A stretch of 63,773 bases of DNA, filler included, from Octopus bimaculoides (lineage: Eukaryota), in the NCBI RefSeq assembly GCF_001194135.2. It is 7 parts of 7 records of this genome, joined end to end, with 100 filler letters (N's around TTAATTAATTAA, not from the genome) between each part and the next. Parts side by side here need not be neighbours in the genome. Positions count along the whole stretch, not along the records: positions 50,340 to 60,425 come from NC_068981.1; positions 60,526 to 62,530 come from NC_068991.1; positions 62,631 to 63,773 come from NW_026337191.1; 4 more parts are not named here. One strand, 5' to 3'. Positions 53,051-63,773 of the stretch are shown here, piece after piece; position 1 is the stretch's first letter, and each line of letters begins with the position of its first letter. A program made the translations under genes and the position numbers. The notes under the pieces are model-generated. The model was not told the DNA's origin, did no database searches, and was given only the letters and a program-made list of their open reading frames with translations.

Positions 53051-54301
53051 TACACAAACATCCTGGAAAGGCAATATATAATGGCTACACGATACTAACA
53101 CAAACTCACATAGTCTTTCTCTTCTCTCTGCCTATTCAACAGATTCTACAACGGCATCTGATGCTCTGAATTAATTGCGAATATATATGCACATCACGAC
53201 TTTATTGATTAAAAAATATGTACAATATATTGAGAAGAAAATATTGGATTAATTATGATATCTGGTCATTATGTCTTCTCCGTATTAATAGCTTGTAGAA
53301 ATAAGCCAGTTTGTTATTCAATGTTTATTCTATACACATCTAGATAAAATACACTGCGAATTAAACAAATGGTGATACCTACACTTATCATAAGTTAAGC
53401 AGTATTTGATTTGACTGACAAGCTTGGCAGAGCAACGAAAAAGCTGCTGGAGGGTCAAATATTCGATAAGGTTTGGATTACAGTTTGTCACAATTTCTAG
53501 TTTACCTCCTTAAAATTATTAAAGAATTTGTACATATTCAAAGCCAAAACATTATTAGATTTGACTGTGACTAGCGTTTCTGTTTGAAACTTTTACTAAG
53601 GTTATCATGACCTAGAGACACAGTTTTGCGCCCTATCCTAATCAAGTAGTCGATATACAAATAATGACTTACCAAAGTTGTCGGTAAAGAAACACACTTT
53701 TAACTTTTAACACCCTCCCTTTAAATAGCGTTAAAACTAGTCAGTCAACTCTTAAACAGTGTATTGCATCCTACTAACATAATTATGTCAGGAGCGGCAC
53801 AACCACAAATAACACATTCTCAACATCACCAATAAATGCGAACCTGAGTTGAGTAAACCTCAATGTATCATCTGCCATTATGTATTACTCTCGCTATTAC
53901 AATTATTACAATCAGCACCGGCATCATCGCTATAAGTATCACGATGATGATGATGAAGGTGACGTCACCGCCGCCTCCACCGTCGCCTCCACCTTCACCT
54001 CCGTCGTCTCCTCCATCTCCACCGTGACCTCTGCCATCGCCTGCGCCTCCGCCTCTGCCGTCGCCTGCGCCTCCGCCTCTGCCGTCNNNNNNNNNNNNNN
54101 NNNNNNNNNNNNNNNNNNNNNNNNNNNNNNNNNNNNNNNNNNNNNNNNNNNNNNNNNNNNNNNNNNNNNNNNNNNNNNNNNNNNNNNNNNNNNNNNNNNN
54201 NNNNNNNNNNNNNNNNNNNNNNNNNNNNNNNNNNNNNNNNNNNNNNNNNNNNNNNNNNNNNNNNNNNNNNNNNNNNNNNNNNNNNNNNNNNNNNNNGATG
54301 A

Positions 54302-54347
<46 letters not shown>

Positions 54348-55107
54348 ACCACCACCACCACCCGAGTAATCTCATGCTTAAAAGTGGTAGAGTAACAAAG
54401 TTGCTCTGGACTAATTTTAATATATTAGTTTTCTTTATTCACCAGACGATGATTTCATCACCTAATTCCACCAATGAACTTAGATATCACCGAGTCACTT
54501 CAGTATACTCTCACTCACTCTAGAATAGTTGTTATGGAAAAGGATTGCGACAACATTCGATAGAGGGAGGAAAAGGATCCAGATAACATACCACCAAACA
54601 GAGAGAAAGAATGCCCCTACCTTTCCCTCAAATAGCTTCCGTGTGATGTTATCTCTGATGAACTGGAACAAGTTCCTAATAATAGCTGTTTATAAAGCTT
54701 CGGAATAGTTTTCAATCAATTCTGCTAACATCTTTTCCATGATTAATGAAACAGACAGCTATTGATGCCAGATCAATATTAAGGCGTGCTATGTCATTCA
54801 CCTTAACATACATTGCCCCTTCACTCTCTTCCTCACACAACAACTCATACTCTCTTCCAGTTTTCTTTTCTTTCTTTTCCATTTCTTTATTTCTTCCTGT
54901 TTTGCTTACATTTTTTTTCTTTAAGTCGATATTTCTACATATAGTCACACACAACTATTCATTCAAAGCGTTTCCTTCGAATAGCCGCTTCCTAAGAACG
55001 AAACATGTAAAAAGAGTGTGTGTGTGTGTACTTATACATGCATGCATACATACATACATACTTACATACATACATGCATACATACATACATACATATATA
55101 CATACAC

Positions 55108-56280
55108 ATTGATGTGAAAATCCGAAAAATACTAACAAGCACACATAATTTCCACATAAGCAGTGACGTAGACCGCCTCTATCTAAAACGAAAACAAAGC
55201 GGCAGAGGCTTAACATCGATCCAAAATGCCTTTGAATGTTGCATCATATCTTTTTTGGCAACATCTTTTAACTACCAAGTGTCGAAGTGCATTCCTTGAC
55301 CAAGTTTGCATGCATGAGGCTGATAACATTACAAGACTTGGAAGGCAGCTCCTTCAGCAACACTCTTTGTCTGATAACCTAGAATACATGCCCAAAGAAG
55401 TCGCACGACTCTACCACGACGTATCATCAGATGAAAGGATGAGCCTATATGAGCAGAAGACTATGCATGGATATGTTAGTAGAAAGCTCCGTGATGATAG
55501 TAACATCGATCATCAAAGCAGTTTATCATAGACCAATAGCTGGATCACTACCTCCCACTTTGAAGGATATGCTTTTTGTAGTCCAGGAAGAGGAAATATC
55601 AACCAAGTACCTGATGCATAAAAGGGATAGAGATGCAAGAAAATTCGTAAAATGTGACAACCGATGCAGACTTTGTGGAGTTCACACTGAAGATATCGCC
55701 CACATCATAAGTAGTTGTCCGAAAATGCCATTACGGTATAATCTACCGATGAGGCATGACGTTGTAGCTAGGACACTCTATAATGAAATCCGCAGGAAGG
55801 ATAATCTCGAGGACAAAGAAATAAGAACCCACAATATGGTAGAAGTCATACCCACTCATAATAAAAAGGAATACTGGTGGAATGTACCAGTGAAGACCTC
55901 AGTATGATGATTTAGGATAGCAAAGAGAAACTGTTTACAATTGTGGAAATTAGCTGCCTAACGGATGTAAACATAGATCAGTGAAAAAGAGAACACCTAT
56001 GCTGAAATCTGCAGTTACTCTATCTAGATTACAAGTTCAGGTTTATACCTGTAATTATTGGGGCCCTGAGATATGTAACACGCTGCCTAAATACCAATCT
56101 TAGGCCTCTCAAAATCAGAAAGGAGAAAGCTAATTCGGAGATTACAGATCCAATCCATCAATGGAACAGTAAAAATCAGTAAAACTTTCCAGAAATTTAT
56201 CATTTAAATATATATGAGCATGTCCAGATATGTAACTATATGTATGAGAATACATGCATAAAACATACAAATCTGCACAT
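55108..56280 (+). mobile_element. 5'-truncated R4-clade (RLE-type) non-LTR retrotransposon flanked by (CATA)n, in DBH intron 1
   Basis: Frameshifted ORF: DVDRLYLKRKQSGRGL, CCHC finger CRLCGVHTEDIAHIISSC, RHD motif, EYWWNVPV, IVEISC, FIPVIIGAL, ending FQKFII* (56205-07). ~70-nt 3'UTR follows. (CATA)n arrays at 55035-55107 and 56281-56385. Confidence 0.88.
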
Positions 56281-56307
56281 ACATACATACATACATACAT
56301 ACATACA

Positions 56308-56338
<31 letters not shown>

Positions 56339-56489
56339 TTACATGCATACATGCATACATACATGCATACATACATGCATACATATCCTGTTGATGTTGA
56401 AATTCCAATGAAGGAATCTTGGATCTAGGTTAGATACCGGTTCTTTCTCTATTGGCAAGAAATCTTGAAATAAACTGAATAATCACACA

Positions 56490-56570
<81 letters not shown>

Positions 56571-56785
56571 ACTATGAAGCCACATGTTTCTTAAAGTTAT
56601 TTAGAAATTTAGCTCTGTATATAAGCAGACTAAGGGGCATGATATTACTGTAAATGGGTATCTCGTGAATACTTTGAAATGTAAAACTTGTACATTAATT
56701 ATCACATTGTAACACCTGATTTTCCAGCTTTCCCTAACATATCAACACTTCAAAACTATAAAGCCATTAATGCATTCTCATTTCA

Positions 56786-56883
56786 TAACAGATTGTTTCA
56801 GAAAATATTCGACCTGCTGTTAAGCAACTATAACTTAACAGATTGTGTCAGAAAATATTTGACCTGCTGTTAAGCAACTATAA
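56786..56883. repeat. 50-bp tandem duplication (two units)
   Basis: taacagattgt[t/g]tcagaaaatatt[c/t]gacctgctgttaagcaactataa at 56786 and 56836. Confidence 0.95.
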
Positions 56884-57035
56884 AAATACACCACTACAAC
56901 TACAACAACAATAACAACAATAATGATACGAGCAACAAAACCTTGCAATTTTATCATTGTCCAAACATAGTTACAAAACTCCAACACTGTAACAAAGAGA
57001 TTTATGTTTTACCTACAAGCAGGTTATTTATATAT

Positions 57036-57241
57036 ACTCTTTTACTTTTTTACTTGTTTCAGTCATTTGACTGCGGCCATGCTGGAGCACCGCCTTTAGT
57101 CGAGCAAATCGACCCCAGGACTTATTCTTTGGAAGCCTAGTACTTATTCTATCGGTCTCTTTTTGCCGAACCGCTAAGTTACGGGGACGTAAACACACCA
57201 TCATCGGTTGTCAAGCGATGACGGGGGGGGACAAACACCCA

Positions 57242-57279
<38 letters not shown>

Positions 57280-57342
57280 CGCACGCACNNNNNNNNNNNN
57301 NNNNNNNNNNNNNNNNNNNNNNNNNNNNNNNNNNNNNNNNNN

Positions 57343-57381
<39 letters not shown>

Positions 57382-57537
57382 CAAATATACGACGGACTTC
57401 TTTCAGTTTCCGTCTACCAAATCCACTCACAAGGCTTTGGTCGGCCCAAGGCTATAGTAGAAGACACTTGCCCAAGGTGCCACGCAGTGGGACTGAACCC
57501 GGAACCATGTGGTTGGTAAGCAAGCTACTTAACACAG
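57036..57537 (-). mobile_element. SINE family B, 150 nt from DBH coding exon 1
   Basis: Full reverse-complement copy with internal (CA)n and a small gap. Confidence 0.88.
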
Positions 57538-57689
57538 TTTATTTATATATATTTATATATATTTAAATAAATAACCTGTATGCAGGTTATTTATTTAGTC
57601 TGAATGACAACGGAAAATATTTACTTTTATACCGTAAAATCAAAGCAATATAATATGAAATAAAAACTTCGAGTTCTAAATATACTGAC

Positions 57690-57995
57690 CTTACAGTGCT
57701 GTACGTAGTTTTCGTCGACCCAGTGAACGAAGAAATCGGCATTTGAAGAATTTCCATATGCCGAGTAACCAACTCCGAACCATTCATCTAACGTCACGAC
57801 CGCCAAAAGGCGGAAGTTTACCACATTTCGTTTATAGTCAACGTCCCACCACAAATGGAAACGACGCTGGCTGTCCAGATAAGCATTATATTTATAATGC
57901 TGACGACCTGTGACCTTGGGAGCAGCTTTAAGAACTATTAGAAGTACGAGTAACACCTGGCAATAATGCAGCCAAGTTTTTAGTCTTCTTAACAT
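57690..57995 (-). CDS. DBH: Dopamine/tyramine beta-hydroxylase, first coding exon (signal sequence/anchor + N-terminal DOMON), 102 codons
   Basis: Acceptor tttctctttttcag lies immediately before ATG (57995). Translation MLRRLKTWLHYCQVLLVLLIVLKAAP...YLDSQRRFHLWWDVDYKRNVVNFRLL...WFGVGYSAYGNSSNADFFVHWVDENYVQHCK matches the DBH/TBH DOMON pattern (LD..L.W.V.Y...F.L...G.S..G...NAD..V.W.D). Phase-0 donor AAG|gtcagt. DBH versus TBH naming cannot be resolved from two exons. Confidence 0.9.
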
Positions 57996-58741
57996 CTGAA
58001 AAAGAGAAATATTTCTGTTTAGATTTATTGTTACTTTAATTTCCGTTTTGGTACATAATGGATATACCAAAGTATACCTACAATACTAACACTACTGCTT
58101 TCCTTTCTTTCACATGAATTCTGTTTATTGTTTACCCTGCATTTAAACAATAATTTTCCGACAAAGCAGGTCTTGTCGGAAATACCAAATTCGGAGTGGT
58201 AGATTTGTGGTAGATTAGCGTTTGTTTTCTGGTGATGCTATTTCATTTATCTTGAGTTCCTCTTGAATGTATAAATAGTTGAAAGCTGCAGGTTGTATTA
58301 CCAAAGACAACACAGCAGTTATTTGAGTCTTAATCATCCATTGATTCATATACGGAGACGAACTGGCACAGTTGTTGCAACATCAGATTGAATTCCTTGT
58401 AATATTTATTGCGACTCCCTGAGTTCAAAACTTGCTAAGAAAATACCAAATTTAGGGTGATAGATTTGTGGAACGCCAGATCGAATGCCTATCGGTTTTC
58501 GTTTTTTTTTTTTTTGTATTTTGTATTTCGAGATCAAATCTCGCTATAGCCTACTTGGCTGGTAGATTAAAACCGCTACTAGGTTTAATACTATCATCTG
58601 ATATCTTGAATGTCCTTAGTGGAGAGAAGTCTATTGCAAGTTTTCATGTCAGATTTCTAGTTTGAGAATAAATACCCTACTTCCTTCATCCCACCAATCT
58701 TGGTAGTCCTGTCCTATAATGGGTCACAATCAGTGACTTAC

Positions 58742-58992
<251 letters not shown>

Positions 58993-59018
58993 AAGGACCT
59001 ATAAAGGAGTGCGAAAGC

Positions 59019-59024
59019 TTTATA
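59019..59024 (-). promoter_or_regulatory. Possible TATA box for DBH/TBH
   Basis: Minus-strand TATAAA about 32 nt upstream of a YR/Inr-like CCTTAAAT (~58992) at the edge of the (TC)n tract. Short motif, could be chance. Confidence 0.22.
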
Positions 59025-60960
59025 CGGGGGGAAATAATTTCTTCAACTTAGGGCACTGCTCATGAGCTTATAACAGACAAACTTTAGACAAGGACCTTCA
59101 CTGCAGGCTTGCTATCGAGCTGGTCTGCAGCGAAGGAACTTTCAGTTAGGCAGTAAACGAGACTGTGGGTATAAATGGCCGATCGTACTCTCCCTCACAG
59201 TGTAAATGATTGAAACAGAATAAACGATACTTCGACACACTTTGGTTTCTGATTATTTTTATGTATATCTTAACAAAACTATATTGTATCTGTATCTAAT
59301 CAAAATTAATCATAGCATTTACTTTTCTTATTGGTAGTAATACTGCTTTTTCGATCCTTGAGCTTTATTTTATCGACCACGGAAGACTGACAGTTAAAGT
59401 TCATCTCGAAGGGGTTTGAACTTAGAATTAAAACACTATAACTAAAAACATAAGCCATTTTTACAATGCTCTACGGATCCCGCATTCCACCTCTCCGATC
59501 TTTCTTGTATTTATGAAAATAATTCTCAAATCTTGCTCTCACGAGTCTTCTTTTCTGTGTAGGATTTAGTGTAAAGAAATATTTGACTAAAAAATTTGCT
59601 CGACTGTCATTGAAAATAGGGGTTGATTCAAAATATCATTTACATTTTACGGATATTTGTCCTCATCTTGTTTGTTGTTAACAGTTGTTTGGTGTTAACA
59701 ACAAACAAAATGAGGACAAATAACCGTCAAATGTAAATTATGTAAATAATGAACATAATTCCTCATCTCTTAAATATAGAACAGATTTAAAATAGATTGA
59801 AATAAAAACAAACACATTTATTCAAAAACTTATTTGCACGACAGGCACAAGGCCTGAAATTTTGCGGGGGAGATCTAGTCAATTACATTGACCCCTGTGT
59901 TCAACTGGTACACACTCTTTCGACCCTAAAAGAATGTAAGTCAAAGTCGATCTCGGCGAAATTTGAACTGAGAAAGAAGACAGACGACATGTCGCTAAGC
60001 ATTTTGTATGAGTGTCATTATGATTGTGTGTACTTGTATATATATGTATAAGCAAGGTTATATAAGTACATATATGTATCTAAGACGTTGTATCAATTCA
60101 CCGTTAGACGATGGTGAGAGGGACAAACGCACGCACACACATATGTGTGTGTGTGTGTTTACATATGTGTATATGCATATGTATATGTGTGCGTATATAC
60201 AACCTTCAACAAAGTAACAGTCATGTATACAACTCGAACTGATGCACATATCAGTACATAAATATACGTTCACATATACATACATATGTACACACACACA
60301 CACACAAACACGTCTACACACTTACCCTATTACTCACGTACATCCATAAGTACATACGTGCATACTCACATACATACATATATACATATATACATACATG
60401 CGTATAGGCATGCACACATGCATACNNNNNNNNNNNNNNNNNNNNNNNNNNNNNNNNNNNNNNNNNNNNTTAATTAATTAANNNNNNNNNNNNNNNNNNN
60501 NNNNNNNNNNNNNNNNNNNNNNNNNGAGGAGAGTCATTCTCTTTTAGTACTTTATTATTTAACACATTCACCTGTAAAGTTTCCACTCATTTACTTATTT
60601 ATTTTCTTAATTTTTTGTTTGATTTTTAATTTACATTTAATTATCTGCGATTGTTTAAGGCAAACACAAGTAAAATGCAAATTCTTTTCATTTTAATGTC
60701 TGTCTATATTCAATTGATAGATAAATATGAATAAACGGATAGGGATAAATAGATAAGCAGACAATGGATGAAAAAGTTCAAAATTTTAGAAAAGGTTTTC
60801 TTTCGCATATTCTTTATCTCCGACATCTAAAACGCAGGAATCCGAAAAATCTTTTTCAAAAATGCATTTTTCAAGGAGAGGTGCGATTCTGCATTAGCCC
60901 CGGACCTGTGGGTCCATATAAAGTTTTTGAGGGTCCACGCAACAAAATAGGGTTAATTAT

Positions 60961-62223
60961 TACCGTAAGTTCTCGAGTATAATCCGCATTTTTTCCCCAA
61001 AATTTAAAGGTCAAAATCATTAGTGCGTACTATATACGAGATTAAAAATGAAAAATATTTTCTAAGCAATGTCCGAGTCTCTATTTGCTGTCCGGCAATG
61101 TTTATTCAGACGCATTTTGTGATGTCGGGCGCGAAAATACCTTAAGCTAAGCCTGAAAGCAATGAAGTCATAAAAGAATCAACCATAACTTGCAGTAAGC
61201 AACATTTATTAAAATAAAAGTATTCAGAACACAGAATAACATGTAACAAAAACAATTTGCAAACATTTTATACATTGCATGCCCATAAAATGCCTCGTAA
61301 ATCTTATTCAGCTATGTTTAAACTTGAAGTTGTATTATATGCTGAAGAGCATGGTAATAGGGCCGCCAGAAGAAAATCTGATGTTGACGAAAGTAATGTC
61401 AGGTTATGGAAAATAAATAAAGATGAAATTAAACAGATGCCAAAGATAAAGAAGGGTGGGGGGAACCCTTTCTCTTAAGGTGGAAGGGTTCGCGTTCCCG
61501 ACCTGACTTTGATATGCAAATGGATCGTGTATGCATGGAATGAACTTGATCCCCAGATTATTGTGAAAAGTTTTATCAAATGTTGTATATCGTCTGCACT
61601 GGATGGTACTCAGGATAACGCTGTATGGAAAGATGAAATAAATAAAAGTGAATCTTCTGATGTTGACTATGAATCTGACGATGACTGAGATTTACACTAC
61701 AATGATGCTGACATGTTTACGGAGGAACAAATGGAACAGTTATTTGATGTTGAAAGTGACGTTGAATTTGAAGGATTTGAATAAATGTTTTTGCTTTTGT
61801 AACTGATAGTGATAAATATGTAAAGGCAATTTACTTAATATTTATNNNNNNNNNNNNNNNNNNNNNNNNNNNNNNNNNNNNNNNNNNNNNNNNNNNNNNN
61901 NNTATATGTATGTGTGTATGGATGTGTGTGTGTATACGCATATGTATGCCTGTATAATTGAAAGAGGAAAAAAAAAAGTCAATGAACATATATTGTACAT
62001 ATTAAGACTATCGTAATTTTTAAAAAAATCATAGAACTCGCACATTTTGTTCATTTGTTTGTCCTGTATTGTACCCATCTGTGTTTTCGATCCTTCGTGA
62101 TCATAATAAAAATATTAAGAGGTACGTATTATACACAAGGTTTAGGTTTTTCAGAGGTACAGCTCCCTAAAAATCCCCTGCGTATTATACTCAAGAGCGG
62201 ACTATACTCGAGGATTTACGGTA
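60961..62223 (+). mobile_element. Internally deleted pogo-superfamily DNA transposon (Brinker-type DNA-binding domain, POGK-like)
   Basis: TIRs TACCGTAAGTTCTCGAGTATA / reverse complement TACCGTAAATCCTCGAGTATA (19/21) with TA at both ends. N-terminus MPRKSYSAMFKLEVVLYAEEHGNRAARRKSDVDESNVRLW from ATG 61290. C-terminus FIKCCISSALDGTQDNAVW...LFDVESDVEFEGFE* (stop 61782-84). DDE core missing. Confidence 0.88.
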
Positions 62224-63738
62224 CTTGTGTTGGGTGGGGGTGCTAAACTCCCCTGTTCGAAAATAATAAGTGTTATATGGACTGTTAGATATGTAATTCG
62301 TCTGACGTTCCGTGTGTCACTGTGGTTCGTCTGAGTTCATTGTTTCATTGTTGTTGTCTTGTGTGACTCTCGTAGTAAAATGTCATTGATATATATGGCG
62401 GACATGATTCTTGTTTATTTATAACGAACATTGGGTGAGTGCGTTCTTTGTATGTAATTGAATAATAAATGTAATAATTAAATTTGTATAACTCGTTGTT
62501 ATCTCTGCGAGTCTTCCGAGGGAAATACAANNNNNNNNNNNNNNNNNNNNNNNNNNNNNNNNNNNNNNNNNNNNTTAATTAATTAANNNNNNNNNNNNNN
62601 NNNNNNNNNNNNNNNNNNNNNNNNNNNNNNCACCCACCACCACCACCACCACCACTCCATGGCACATCACTAACCACGAATAAATGAAGGAGTCTTTATG
62701 TGGTCGACCGTCATCCTAGAAATAACAACCAAAATAAACCTACAATCAGTACAAAACAAAAAAAAGGGAAGACACATGTGTTAATGTAATCCTACAAAAT
62801 GGATCTGCATCGGTTTCGACGAAAGACGATCTAATTATTCGATCAACCGAACAACGAACGAGTCGTCGGTAGCAGAGTATTCCACAGATATTGGTTTCGA
62901 AATTTGAGATTTGGCCATATTTATGTCCGTTCTAGATTCACTATGGCTGGTGAGATGGCCACAACAGGAACGTATTTGAACATAGATTTACTTGACCAGG
63001 ACTGACCTGAAGTTAAAAGCAATCTTTGTACACAACAGTTACTGTACAATGTCCCCCCACCATACTACTTGACGCCAATCCTACAACCCGCCAACATTAC
63101 ATCATACCATCCGACACAACATCACGCCAGTCCTTCCGTGCCACCCACCATGCCAAGTAATACCATTCCACACCGTATTATTGATTCTACACCACGCCAT
63201 TGCACATCACACGACACCAGTCAGACGTGCCAAACCATGCCACTCCACTCCAAATGCCATGCCAAACCAATACCACTTAGCATCACTCCCAACCCTAGAT
63301 TAACCATTAAGAAAATAAGCACGTGCTTCCGGTATCAACGGAAGCGGGGGACACCACAGAAATGGTAAATGGTTTACGGCACAAATGAAATCACTTTAGA
63401 AGTTAAAATAATATTCGAAGTGGTTTTTATGATCGGAAATATAATTTCTAAGTGGTCATTGTGTCATAGTGAGGATCTGATCAAAGACTTCGCAATTGAA
63501 AAAAATAAAAGAAAAGTTTTCACCCATAAAAAAAAGGTGGAAATATAAATAAAATAAAATAAATAAAATAAAAGGAGTGACTGTGTGGTAAGTAGCTTAC
63601 TTCCCAACTACATGATTCCGGGTTCAGTCCCACTGCGTGGCGCCTTGGGCAAATGTCTTGTACTATAGCCTCGGGCCAACCAAAGCTTTGTGAGTGGATT
63701 TGATAGAGGGAAACTGAAAAAAGCCCATCGTGTATATA

Positions 63739-63773
<35 letters not shown>

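Overview
Animal (eukaryotic) genomic DNA, AT-rich and dense in microsatellites, SINEs and LINE/DNA-transposon remnants, with many N gaps. The repeat landscape looks like an octopus/coleoid cephalopod draft assembly; this is my inference. Almost all ORFs in the supplied track are microsatellite or N-gap artefacts. The one real host gene is a dopamine/tyramine beta-hydroxylase (DBH/TBH) on the minus strand. Coding exon 1 (57690-57995) and exon 2 (50800-50946) encode the signal sequence and DOMON domain, with canonical splice sites. I could not find the catalytic exons in the remaining 50 kb. Mobile elements include several R4/Dong-type RLE retrotransposons sitting in (AAT)n or (CATA)n arrays, a ~560-bp non-coding element always anchored in (AAT)n, degenerate APE/RT LINEs, Tx1, CR1 and RTE fragments, Tc1, mariner and pogo remnants, and at least four SINE families (labels A-D are mine). 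The most interesting signals are the apparent microsatellite-targeting retroelement system, a CpG-depletion boundary near 27 kb, a candidate microsatellite-made 5'UTR exon and promoter for DBH/TBH, an unusual RT-like family and a fold-back mariner. Repeat boundaries are approximate and were read by eye; CpG observations are qualitative.
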